Source of the DNA: a virus
Length of the DNA: 64,000 nucleotides
Reading direction: 5' to 3' (one strand)
Virus record (IMG/VR): IMGVR_UViG_3300047548_001390
Coordinates: 14,107-78,106 of that record
A program made the translations under genes and the position numbers. This document shows positions 46,355 through 54,338 of the stretch, one piece after another; within the stretch, counting starts at the first letter, position 1; the number at the start of each line of letters is the position of its first letter. Under the pieces are notes generated by a model. The model was not told the DNA's origin and ran no database searches. It saw only the letters and a program-made list of their open reading frames with translations.

Positions 46355-46572
46355 TCTTTTACTCCAAAATGGTCTCTAACCACATCGCCTACACTTTGAC
46401 CCGCAGCGCGATTCTTTGATTGATTGCTGTGATTGGCAACTTGGGCACACTCACGCACGATCTGTTCAGCGAACTGCCGCAATTGATCCCGAGCACAACC
46501 ACTGTCAAAATATGCAGCATCGTAGTAAGCAGTCATTTCTGCGTCTACTAACTCTTTGATTCGTTTACTCAT
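46351..46572 (-). CDS. MSKRI...HFG family protein
   Basis: Family motifs. Confidence 0.7.
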   Translation of the reverse strand: MSKRIKELVDAEMTAYYDAAYFDSGCARDQLRQFAEQIVRECAQVANHSNQSKNRAAGQSVGDVVRDHFGVKE

Positions 46573-46751
46573 AACTGTTCCTTGGTGTACAGCGGTGTGT
46601 CGTACTCATGTTGAATGTGAAATTGACGCCATTCTTTATCTTCTCTTTCGTTCAACCATAATTTTCTATCCGGCGCAACATACACTCTTGAACGATCAAC
46701 AGCATCAAGGTATGCAACAGGCATCTCAGCGGCTTTTAGTTTGTCAGTCAT
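46569..46751 (-). CDS. Hypothetical protein (PVAY...PLYT module)
   Basis: Start reassigned to ATG 46751. Confidence 0.55.
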   Translation of the reverse strand: MTDKLKAAEMPVAYLDAVDRSRVYVAPDRKLWLNEREDKEWRQFHIQHEYDTPLYTKEQL

Positions 46752-46752
46752 C

Positions 46753-47019
46753 TCATTCTCCTCTTGCTTTTGCGATTGCGGCACGGGCTGCGTCAACTGG
46801 TATATCCATCCGTTCGCAGGCGTCAGCCAATACCGTTAGCGCATTTAACAGATCTGGTGCGGCGGCGATTAGGCGGGCGTTGGCAGCAACGTCACCGCTG
46901 CCGCAGTCACGCACTTCAGCCAAGAAACCCGGCACTGCGCCAGCTATCATCCATTCGCCAGATGTAGGGCTTGGGTTTGCGCGAACTACGCGCCAGGGGG
47001 CAGGTGTGTGCTTACTCAT
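46753..47019 (-). CDS. HTPxPW...NARLIAAAPDLL phage hypothetical protein
   Basis: Recognisable motif; GC-rich; start reassigned to 47019. Confidence 0.75.
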   Translation of the reverse strand: MSKHTPAPWRVVRANPSPTSGEWMIAGAVPGFLAEVRDCGSGDVAANARLIAAAPDLLNALTVLADACERMDIPVDAARAAIAKARGE

Positions 47020-47287
47020 TGTTTTCTCCTCTTGCTCTAATAGCATTAGCGCATAACGTACATGCTGTATAAAACCGCTGGTCGTATTCTTGTTTGCTAG
47101 GACGCATTGACTCACACACCTCCGAACACGCCTCACGCTCCGCTAATACCGCTGCGTCAATATCGCTTGGCTGCTCAAGTGCTTGGCGCAGTGCAGTGAT
47201 TGCAGCATCAAACATCTGAACGCTCATTTTGCTTTGGTATAACTCCAACGCCTCCAACGCCAGCTTCATTGCTTCTCGGTCAGTCAT
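47012..47287 (-). CDS. MTDREAMKLALEALE...EREAC...CANAIRARG hypothetical protein
   Basis: Start reassigned to 47287. Confidence 0.7.
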   Translation of the reverse strand: MTDREAMKLALEALELYQSKMSVQMFDAAITALRQALEQPSDIDAAVLAEREACSEVCESMRPSKQEYDQRFYTACTLCANAIRARGENNE

Positions 47288-47582
47288 AATTTCTCTCCAT
47301 TTTTGAAATTGCTTCACGCGCTACTGCATCTTTATCATCTAGGATATCAAACCCCATAGTATCGAAGTAACCGTTCCCGTCATTCACCATACGACCCTCG
47401 TAATCATATGGATCAGCATAGAACTTTAATGCGGTTACAAGTTCAGCGTTTACTTTACTCAAACGCTCAATCTCATCATACAACGGTTTGACTGTGTGCC
47501 ATTCTGGATTCATAATATAAAACTCATTAAAACAAACACAATAATGATGGCAATCACAGTAAGAATCACCTGACCAGCCCAC
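47280..47582 (-). CDS. Hypothetical protein
   Basis: ORF track; the true start may be ~47513. Confidence 0.5.
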   Translation of the reverse strand: MGWSGDSYCDCHHYCVCFNEFYIMNPEWHTVKPLYDEIERLSKVNAELVTALKFYADPYDYEGRMVNDGNGYFDTMGFDILDDKDAVAREAISKMERNYD

Positions 47583-47658
47583 TCAGTAATAAAAGGAGAC
47601 AATGCCACCACACCAGCAATCACTGCAAAGAACATAATAAAATTCAATAATCTAATCA

Positions 47659-47844
47659 CTATTTGCTCGCATAAAACATTAGATAATCATACACCGACTC
47701 AGGATCAATTTGCCACTGCTCATTTGGGGTCTTCAGATCAAATGCCTTGTTGGGAGAGTCCCACCACTTTGGAGCCATTTCTTTTCCCAGCATGGCCATA
47801 AGAAGAACATTACACCTCTTTCGTTTCATCTCGTGCATCAGCAA
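47659..47844 (-). CDS. Small hypothetical protein (DUF2384/Xre-antitoxin-like WW.SPN.AF...TP motif)
   Basis: KWWDSPNKAFDLKTP. Confidence 0.5.
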   Translation of the reverse strand: MLMHEMKRKRCNVLLMAMLGKEMAPKWWDSPNKAFDLKTPNEQWQIDPESVYDYLMFYASK

Positions 47845-48022
47845 CCTCCTTAATTCCTAGTCCAATAAGACTCATTCTTGTGTTAAACTCTTCTACTGTC
47901 TTTGGGTAGTCCTTTAGAGGATACTTCATTTCCCAGAACTCTAGATGGCCGTATAGGACATGATTAAAGTCACATACAGCTGAACATAAGGGACATATTA
48001 GGGTTTGTTTGCTGGTTTCCAT
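47810..48022 (-). CDS. Hypothetical protein
   Basis: First gene downstream of the sigma70-type promoter at 48049-48078. Confidence 0.55.
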   Translation of the reverse strand: METSKQTLICPLCSAVCDFNHVLYGHLEFWEMKYPLKDYPKTVEEFNTRMSLIGLGIKEVADARDETKEV

Positions 48023-48048
48023 ATAGCTATCCTGTCGGCCGACACCCC

Positions 48049-48078
48049 ATTATACAAGTGCCCAGTTTTAAAGGTCAA
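48049..48078 (-). promoter_or_regulatory. Sigma70-type early promoter TTGACC-N18-TATAAT
   Basis: Direct motif match. Confidence 0.7.
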
Positions 48079-48406
48079 CTTTAGTTTTGGTCAGCCTCAA
48101 TTGACATCATTTCGAACTGCTTCTGCAGCTCACGCTCCATCATCAGTTCGTCGTAGAGAATGTCAATCTCCTCATCACGAATTGACTCTGTTACTGCTGC
48201 AATCATCTGGTTAATTTGATCAACGGTCATCATGATCTCCATATCGAATGTTATAAGCACCCCAAAGAGCAATTATACCACCAACAACAGCAATCAGGAC
48301 ACCAGTGAACAGCTCAGTACCACTCTCAATTCCACCAACAGCACCCAACATCATAAACAAACCAATTGCAAAAGCGGTTGCGTAGAGTTTCATGTTCATT
48401 CCTTTA

Positions 48407-48622
48407 TTAAACGAAATCGTAGGCAGTTTCAAAACCAACACGGGAGGTGATCACACCGACTTCACCCTCCATCGAGTCCAGAATCAGCGTTTCCAGTTTG
48501 ATGGCTTCTTTGATGGAACACTCAACAAACAGAGTGCCGTTGAAGAATTCAGCTTTCGATGGGTTGATGGCTTTGGTAATTTCGAGAACTTTGGCTTCGA
48601 ATTCGATTGCGTCTGCTTTCAT
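48407..48622 (-). CDS. Hypothetical early protein
   Basis: Follows the promoter at 48656-48684 and a GGAG RBS. Confidence 0.7.
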   Translation of the reverse strand: MKADAIEFEAKVLEITKAINPSKAEFFNGTLFVECSIKEAIKLETLILDSMEGEVGVITSRVGFETAYDFV

Positions 48623-48655
48623 TTTATTTAACTCCGTTTTGTTAACTGATAACCC

Positions 48656-48684
48656 ATTATAGCAATTAATTGATATTTGGTCAA
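48656..48684 (-). promoter_or_regulatory. Sigma70-type early promoter TTGACC-N17-TATAAT (repeated element)
   Basis: Shares TAxAATGGGTTATCAGTTAA with 49286 and 49506. Confidence 0.8.
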
Positions 48685-48710
48685 CAGGGTAACCTCTTGT
48701 TTTTACAGGT

Positions 48711-48746
48711 AAAAAAATGCCCGGGGAATTTTCATTCTACCCGGGC
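48711..48746 (-). terminator. Intrinsic terminator
   Basis: GCCCGGG...CCCGGGC stem followed by a T-run on the minus strand, just after the 48753 stop. Confidence 0.65.
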
Positions 48747-48752
48747 GAGGAT

Positions 48753-48953
48753 TTAACAGTATGGATCAAAATCCTCCCATTCCTTCAGTTCATCTACGTC
48801 TGTATCATACGTGTACTGAGGATCTGCGTCAATAATTTCAATCAGCTCTTCAGCCTCTACAAGAGCCTGAGCGTCACTTCGGCTCATTCCCTGCTCGATG
48901 TAACACTCAACTCGAGCTTCATATTCCTTGGGATCCATATTACTGCTCTGCAA
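48753..48953 (-). CDS. Acidic hypothetical protein
   Basis: EQGMSRSDAQ and terminal EW.DFDP.C motifs. Confidence 0.6.
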   Translation of the reverse strand: MQSSNMDPKEYEARVECYIEQGMSRSDAQALVEAEELIEIIDADPQYTYDTDVDELKEWEDFDPYC

Positions 48954-49254
48954 GACTCAAAAGTTCTTCGTACGAAAGGCTTTTCTCAGGGAAAGCGATT
49001 TTACCCTCGTACTCAAGCTGGCTGATTTCGAAATCGGACATATAGTCGTCTTCTTCGAAGGAAATGTCAACAACATGCTGCATGAACATGGGTTCACCCA
49101 CTTCCAGAACCACAGCAGATCTGGATAGATCGAACATGCTGATACCAGCAGGAAGGTTGGTGACTTTCACTTGTTCACCGCCCTTGGGTTTCCAGTAAGG
49201 AGCGTCTGCTTCGCCGTAGTTTTCGTAGACTTGGGTATGGATGACTGCAATCAT
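48940..49254 (-). CDS. Hypothetical early protein
   Basis: TQVYENYG....YWKPKGG. Start reassigned to ATG 49254 after the CAGGAG RBS. Confidence 0.75.
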   Translation of the reverse strand: MIAVIHTQVYENYGEADAPYWKPKGGEQVKVTNLPAGISMFDLSRSAVVLEVGEPMFMQHVVDISFEEDDYMSDFEISQLEYEGKIAFPEKSLSYEELLSLAEQ

Positions 49255-49260
49255 TTTTAA

Positions 49261-49314
49261 CTCCTGTTTGCTTAACTGATAACCCATTGTACTAATTAAT
49301 TGATTTTTGGTCAA
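49261..49314 (-). promoter_or_regulatory. Early promoter + leader + RBS cassette (TTGACC-N17-TACAAT)
   Basis: 32-bp block 49261-49292 is identical to 49481-49512. Confidence 0.8.
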
Positions 49315-49327
49315 CCGTTATCGTTCA

Positions 49328-49474
49328 CTACAGCACATCATACTCGGAGATCACAACATCCATCGACTTCACAGCGCTTTCGCTCCAGCAGCTTTTAGCG
49401 TAGGTCAATGCTTTGTCCTTAGAGTCAAACACGCCATATATCGTACCTCTATAGTTTACAATATAGACCTTCAC
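49328..49474 (-). CDS. Small hypothetical early protein
   Basis: GTG start after the RBS; KVYIV...IYGVFDSKDKA. Confidence 0.65.
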   Translation of the reverse strand: MKVYIVNYRGTIYGVFDSKDKALTYAKSCWSESAVKSMDVVISEYDVL

Positions 49475-49480
49475 TTTTAG

Positions 49481-49534
49481 CTCCTGTTTGCTTAACTGAT
49501 AACCCATTGTACCAAAGTGACCAATTAATGTCAA
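49481..49534 (-). promoter_or_regulatory. Early promoter + leader + RBS cassette (TTGACA-N17-TACAAT)
   Basis: Near-consensus sigma70 promoter; repeat of 49261. Confidence 0.8.
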
Positions 49535-49698
49535 CAGGCTTCCCCGTTGCGGCGAGCGTCTTCATCAAACATAGCCAAGTCAAATTCAAGTTCCCGGGCG
49601 CACGCGGGGGACATATTGTAGAGCTTTGCAACGAGTTCCTGCAGGGAGTTGTTGCTAAGATTAGAGAGTTGCAGAGCAATCATTTCAATTGAGTTCAT
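49531..49698 (-). CDS. Small hypothetical early protein, 55 aa (absent from the ORF track)
   Basis: AAGGAG RBS, MNSIEMIALQLSNLSNNSLQELV...; downstream of promoter TTGACC-N17-TAAGCT (49721-49749). Confidence 0.6.
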   Translation of the reverse strand: MNSIEMIALQLSNLSNNSLQELVAKLYNMSPACARELEFDLAMFDEDARRNGEAC

Positions 49699-49745
49699 GT
49701 AGTTCTCCTTAAGAACCCTGAGCTTATGACAAATTCAAATAAAGG

Positions 49746-49973
49746 TCAACTATCGAGTCCAAAGTCTTTCTTAGTCTTCCAGATTGCAAAATCAAGATCC
49801 CCCTCACAGGTTTCCATGTTTTTGATACAGCGTGCAGCGATCAACTTAGCGAACTTGTCAAGCTCCTTATCGTACCGGGCAGCCCAATCAATCACATCAC
49901 CAGGATTCCAAGGTTCATCTGCCCATAAGATGAATCCAGCTTTTTTGGCCAGCTTTCGAACTTTCTTTTTCAT
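49746..49973 (-). CDS. Divergent MNERI...FG family protein
   Basis: KKVRKLAKKAGF...KFAKLI...KDFGL. Confidence 0.65.
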   Translation of the reverse strand: MKKKVRKLAKKAGFILWADEPWNPGDVIDWAARYDKELDKFAKLIAARCIKNMETCEGDLDFAIWKTKKDFGLDS

Positions 49974-50188
49974 GCAATTCTCCCTAGTTTATCGTAGATG
50001 AGTTGGTCGAGTTCGTATTGGTAATCCTGACCTGATCGCCGTTTTAGAAAAATCTCATGGAGGAGTTCATTTTCGGTAGCCACGGTATCCGTAACAACAC
50101 TGATCCCGCGGTCTTCCAATTCCTCAATTAAATCCTCGTCTGAGAACTCATCCAGATAGACTTCGACGTCCACCGTAACGTATTTCAT
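49970..50188 (-). CDS. Hypothetical protein
   Basis: VEVYLDEFSDEDLIEELEDRG. Confidence 0.65.
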   Translation of the reverse strand: MKYVTVDVEVYLDEFSDEDLIEELEDRGISVVTDTVATENELLHEIFLKRRSGQDYQYELDQLIYDKLGRIA

Positions 50189-50505
50189 TGTTCATCCTCA
50201 TTGTATTCAAGATCCCATCGAGCAACGGTGTCCCATTCATTTCGTCCAGAATTAAACACCATGACAGCTGAGTTCATATCATCATTTCTAGTGGCTTTTG
50301 GAAACTTCTTGACCTTGGTTGTGGATATGATATCCTCACAAAGATAAGAAGAAGAGAAGTGTTCCAATTCACCCATGATAATACTATCTTCTGCCCAGGT
50401 TGGGTCCTCAACCTTAACATAGTATTTGCGTTTAATAATTTGTACCGTTTCAATCACGTATTTTGCCATTTTAATCTTCCTTTCTAACCCAAGTGACCGA
50501 ACCAT
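50185..50505 (-). CDS. Hypothetical protein
   Basis: ORF track; the true start is likely MAKYVIE (~50469). Confidence 0.6.
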   Translation of the reverse strand: MVRSLGLERKIKMAKYVIETVQIIKRKYYVKVEDPTWAEDSIIMGELEHFSSSYLCEDIISTTKVKKFPKATRNDDMNSAVMVFNSGRNEWDTVARWDLEYNEDEQ

Positions 50506-50695
50506 CTGGTTGTTGCTTCAATTCATATACTATTTTACCTGACAATGCATCAATCTGCCCTTGTTTATAGAGCAGTGTTCGGTCGTGAAACATCATTAAT
50601 ACACCGAATATAAAAAATGCACTAACGAAATATCCGATAAAGAATGTCAACCAAAAGTCGCCGTCTTTCATTGTTCGTTCTCCAATTTGTTCCAT
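50471..50695 (-). CDS. Small membrane protein
   Basis: One TM helix followed by YKQGQIDALSG. Confidence 0.6.
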   Translation of the reverse strand: MEQIGERTMKDGDFWLTFFIGYFVSAFFIFGVLMMFHDRTLLYKQGQIDALSGKIVYELKQQPDGSVTWVRKED

Positions 50696-51096
50696 CCTAG
50701 TGCTTTCATCATTTTATGTTTCACTCGTTCATTAGGTATTCTAAGTCGTTCGGTAGGTGTGAATCCTATTATAGAAGCAACTTCAACCACAGCTCCAGAA
50801 CGGAAAATACCAGCGTGACAATGTACTATCACATTCATGCTATTGTCAAGTGCTTTTTGCAGTAACAAGACAATCTGTCGAGCTTGTTCATCACTAATCT
50901 TTTCTGACTCAGGAAACCCATCTTGATCGATGGCATCCAGAAACTCAAACTGATGAATCTCTTTAAATATATGTTTTGGTTTTGGGAAGAATGTGTTGGG
51001 ATCGGCAATCTGAATAAGCATACAATTCTCACCCATATCAGAATGCCAACCATTCTTTATATCGTCCCACGACACATTCTCAATCCAACGAATCAT
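50668..51096 (-). CDS. Protein-tyrosine/dual-specificity phosphatase-like protein
   Basis: VHCHAGIFRSGAV matches the HCX5R(S) P-loop; first gene after promoter 51125-51153. Confidence 0.8.
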   Translation of the reverse strand: MIRWIENVSWDDIKNGWHSDMGENCMLIQIADPNTFFPKPKHIFKEIHQFEFLDAIDQDGFPESEKISDEQARQIVLLLQKALDNSMNVIVHCHAGIFRSGAVVEVASIIGFTPTERLRIPNERVKHKMMKALGWNKLENEQ

Positions 51097-51124
51097 GATA
51101 TATCCTAATTTATTCTATAATTAT

Positions 51125-51153
51125 ATTATACTATAATGATAGATTACTGTCAA
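51125..51153 (-). promoter_or_regulatory. Consensus sigma70 promoter TTGACA-N17-TATAAT
   Basis: Perfect match. Confidence 0.85.
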
Positions 51154-51494
51154 GAGGGTTGTTGTGTTTTTACAACATCCTGGAGTTCATACCGGACAAT
51201 TGCACACATGATTCTGGTCCACGTATCCCCTGATAATGTACCATCAGGCAAGTCATTGCCTCGGTGCCAATCTTCTCCAGGTCTACACTTGCGACTTTCG
51301 GCAATACAACCAAGGTAACTGTAATTGCCGTACTGACGAAATTCATCTTTGGCAGTTATCGTGTACTTGTTTGTTTCGGTATAGAAACAAATACTCAGCT
51401 CCTTGCGTCCTTTAACATCAACTGTGCCCACGACGTGATATTTCGATTTGGGAATATCACGCTTAATTAAATTATACAAAAAATCAATAGTCAT
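51150..51494 (-). CDS. Conserved phage hypothetical protein
   Basis: YLGCIA..RK.RPGEDWHRGNDLPDG. Confidence 0.75.
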   Translation of the reverse strand: MTIDFLYNLIKRDIPKSKYHVVGTVDVKGRKELSICFYTETNKYTITAKDEFRQYGNYSYLGCIAESRKCRPGEDWHRGNDLPDGTLSGDTWTRIMCAIVRYELQDVVKTQQPS

Positions 51495-51516
51495 AACGAC
51501 TCTCCTTTAAAATTAA

Positions 51517-51804
51517 TTACTTCTCGTACAAATCATCCGTATGTGCATCACCATAAAAGTGTTGTTCAATTTCAGTGGCGAGTGTACCTAATGCTCGATT
51601 CCAATATTCATATGGACCAACGTCTTGTTCAAATGTTTCTGGAACAATTAGTCCACTAAGGATTTTACCAATATCTTCGATAATCAACTCGGCAAACTTT
51701 TGTAGTTCGAATTCATCAATGTTATCGGCTAGCACGCCTGCAAACTGAGCTGGAGTTAAATTTATACCTGCACATTTTGATAATTCTTTAATTCGTTCGT
51801 TCAT
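51517..51804 (-). CDS. MNERI...HF family protein
   Basis: Family motifs. Confidence 0.75.
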   Translation of the reverse strand: MNERIKELSKCAGINLTPAQFAGVLADNIDEFELQKFAELIIEDIGKILSGLIVPETFEQDVGPYEYWNRALGTLATEIEQHFYGDAHTDDLYEK

Positions 51805-51946
51805 TTATAAAGCCCTCTTCTTTAATTTTTAGAAGGTAATCTAACGCACGATCAATCTGATTATCAGTTGCTGATCCATTAACAATGCTGATGCACTTAT
51901 TAGTTTCTTTATCGTATATTTCCATTTTAAATTTAATTTCTTTCAT
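51788..51946 (-). CDS. Small hypothetical protein, 52 aa; paralog of 52930..53103
   Basis: SIVNGSAT...I..ALDYLLKIKE. Confidence 0.6.
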   Translation of the reverse strand: MKEIKFKMEIYDKETNKCISIVNGSATDNQIDRALDYLLKIKEEGFINERTN

Positions 51947-51963
51947 TTTGATTTCCTTTTCCA

Positions 51964-52446
51964 TCAATCATTTCCGTAGAAGTGCTGTTCAATTTCTAAT
52001 GCCACAGTCGCCAATGCTCGATTCCATTTTTCGTATGGACTGATAGATTGTTCAAACGTTTCTGGTACAATCAACCCAGAAATTTTTTCTAAACATTCCA
52101 TAACAATCAATTCTAAGAGCTTCTGTTCTTTATATCTTGTACCCCACGAAAATTGTCTCCAATATTTCGGTAGGTGTGCATCACACATTTCTTCAGCAGT
52201 ATCTTTAAATTTCTGTAATTTATTGTCATTACAATTTTCAGACAAACTGGGAATATCGACTTCGACCCATTCCCATTCGAATCCACGATATTTGTCCGAA
52301 TATGCATTCTCTTCTGACAGATAACTATCTAAACTATCTTCGATATCATTATCGTCATTACCATATGAAATCCATTCTGGAGCGATTCGAGGTTGACTGG
52401 CGCCCCAGGCCCAAAGTGTTTTATATTCGATTATTTTAACTTTCAT
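51964..52446 (-). CDS. Hypothetical protein with a C-terminal MNERI-family module
   Basis: C-terminal SGLIVPETFEQ...WNRAL...EIEQHFYG shared with 51517..51804. Confidence 0.7.
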   Translation of the reverse strand: MKVKIIEYKTLWAWGASQPRIAPEWISYGNDDNDIEDSLDSYLSEENAYSDKYRGFEWEWVEVDIPSLSENCNDNKLQKFKDTAEEMCDAHLPKYWRQFSWGTRYKEQKLLELIVMECLEKISGLIVPETFEQSISPYEKWNRALATVALEIEQHFYGND

Positions 52447-52820
52447 TCTTTAACTCCGAAATGTTCTAAGATTGTATCTCTATAAGCCTGTGTACCTTCA
52501 ATCCAACCATGCTGATGTGCTTCACCCCAGGCACTCATACCTATAGGAGCCAATACATCGTCGTGATTATATAAGTCAGCACATTCTCGCACAATCAACT
52601 CGGCGAATTTTTTCAACTCTTGTTCATACACTCTCAAGAAAACTTCTTGGTCGTCATTCGATGTAAAACCAGCGTCTCTGGCAAGTTCTCGAATTCGTTC
52701 TTTTGAGTTCGTGTTTGTATCGGACTGTAGTTTAACAGCATAAGGGCCACTACTACAAACATGAACAGCAGTAATGTTTCTATAGGTTTCCCCGCAATGT
52801 GGGCAAGTTATAAACTTCAT
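52443..52820 (-). CDS. Zn-finger-like N-terminus plus ERI...KFAELI...HFG family module
   Basis: CPHC...H.C followed by family motifs; promoter at 52855-52882. Confidence 0.7.
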   Translation of the reverse strand: MKFITCPHCGETYRNITAVHVCSSGPYAVKLQSDTNTNSKERIRELARDAGFTSNDDQEVFLRVYEQELKKFAELIVRECADLYNHDDVLAPIGMSAWGEAHQHGWIEGTQAYRDTILEHFGVKE

Positions 52821-52854
52821 TTGTCAACTCCTGTACTTGTAAAAGCGATATACA

Positions 52855-52882
52855 ATTTTATCACAAACAAATGAATTGTCAA
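52855..52882 (-). promoter_or_regulatory. Sigma70-type promoter TTGACA-N16-TAAAAT with extended TG
   Basis: Direct motif match. Confidence 0.65.
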
Positions 52883-52929
52883 TCATCCTACCGGATTTTA
52901 TCCAACTTAGATAGTATTGCTTCCGCATT

Positions 52930-53103
52930 TTACGAAGTTTCATTCGTGTATCTTTTTTCTTTCAATTTCAGCAGATAATCTAATGCAATCTTAATATCCT
53001 CACTATCAGCAGTACCATTTACGACACTAACTGGGCTGGTAAGCATATCAACACCTTCGGGATTATTAAATTCATACAATTCTAATCTAAATTCATATTT
53101 CAT
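52930..53103 (-). CDS. Small hypothetical protein, 57 aa
   Basis: SVVNGTA...I..ALDYLLKLKE; ATGA-coupled. Confidence 0.6.
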   Translation of the reverse strand: MKYEFRLELYEFNNPEGVDMLTSPVSVVNGTADSEDIKIALDYLLKLKEKRYTNETS

Positions 53104-53408
53104 AATGAGTCTCCAAATTCTCCAATTCTAGCAGCAGCAAGGACAATTGCTCGGCGGGTGGCAGCGTAACGGTCTATATCCATTACAGTTATTCTATCGT
53201 TAACCCATGCCCCACAATCTTCTATACTTACATCCATCTGCAATTTAACAGCTAACCGAAACGCCTCACCGTCATCCTCAAGTGGGTTCCAGTTCACAAC
53301 TAAAACTTTATCATCTTTCATGAACTCAAAATAACCAAGATCACTACGGTATTTTCCGTTGTATCCAGCCGCTTTTGCAGCCAGTTCCAGCAGTTTTTTG
53401 TCAGTCAC
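53100..53408 (-). CDS. Phage hypothetical protein (LLELAAKAAG...WNPLEDDG.AFRLAV...ATRRAIV)
   Basis: Recognisable motif set; GTG start with GGAGG RBS. Confidence 0.75.
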   Translation of the reverse strand: MTDKKLLELAAKAAGYNGKYRSDLGYFEFMKDDKVLVVNWNPLEDDGEAFRLAVKLQMDVSIEDCGAWVNDRITVMDIDRYAATRRAIVLAAARIGEFGDSL

Positions 53409-53567
53409 CTTTCACCTCCCATGAGGAACATTCATAGACAACATTGCATACATAAAATCTCCCCAGCATTCTGCACTCCTTGGCGATGCGTTCTTTAGCA
53501 CAAACCCAACCGAGTAAAAATGCCACAACAGATGTAAAAACTATAATCAAAGTACAAATAAGCCAGG

Positions 53568-53744
53568 TCATTCTTCACCCCAAACGATTTCTGTACATTT
53601 GTAAACTTTTTTACCTACGTAAAATTGACCAAAGCGTCTACACTCTGTTGCAATAACAGAGTGTGCCACCAACCACCCGATAAACCATCCGATAATAATT
53701 CCTACGATAAACCATCCGATAATAATTCCTATCATGTATTCCAT
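53568..53744 (-). CDS. Small membrane protein with an in-frame 27-bp tandem duplication (53678-53731)
   Basis: MEYMIGIIIGWFIVGIIIGWFIGWLVAHSVIATECRRFGQFYVG.. Confidence 0.55.
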   Translation of the reverse strand: MEYMIGIIIGWFIVGIIIGWFIGWLVAHSVIATECRRFGQFYVGKKVYKCTEIVWGEE

Positions 53745-54052
53745 GCTCTAACCCCAATATTTAAAAAGTGTGATTACGAAGCAAATTATACCAAATAAAA
53801 AACTTGCTCCACGTGGTAGCGATTGTGCCACGAACACTAAGGTGGCCACAATAAAATAGTCTAATTCAGACATTACCACACCTTAGTAGTGACAGCTGAT
53901 TGTACAACAGCCATTGCCAACCAAGTCCAAAAATTGTATGGAATAGCGAGGACTGGAAACAAAGTGTTCAATGCCCAAATTCCAGCAATTGGAGCTGCAA
54001 TAAGAACAATGACGAGAAAGGCGATCATGCCATAGTTTTTCATAATTAATCC

Positions 54053-54310
54053 TTAGAATACACGGTTGTGTTTGTTTTGAGTGATATTTTTACGGCGCTT
54101 CAATTCACGACCCATAGCATCCAACCACGAATGCAGACGTTTGCCGTAGACCAAGCTGTCCAATCCTTCTTTGCGATCGTATTTCCAACTATCGATCATA
54201 TTGTATGTGTATCGAAGGTGGTCATAGTCCATATCACAGATTGCGACCTTCTCACCAGGCTTGCCCCAGAGAGTTTTGCGGGTTACGGCGTTAGTAGATT
54301 GAGTTTTCAT
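54053..54310 (-). CDS. Hypothetical early protein
   Basis: ATG 54310 with GGAG RBS, downstream of promoter TTGACT-N17-TACAAT (54339-54367). Confidence 0.65.
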   Translation of the reverse strand: MKTQSTNAVTRKTLWGKPGEKVAICDMDYDHLRYTYNMIDSWKYDRKEGLDSLVYGKRLHSWLDAMGRELKRRKNITQNKHNRVF

Positions 54311-54338
54311 AATAAATCTCCATGTTGTAAGAAACTTC

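Noticed and set aside
49255-49534. Shared peptide MGYQLSKQELK at the N-termini of two ORFs
   Set aside because: This is a translation of the repeated promoter/RBS element; the real starts are downstream (49254 and 49474).
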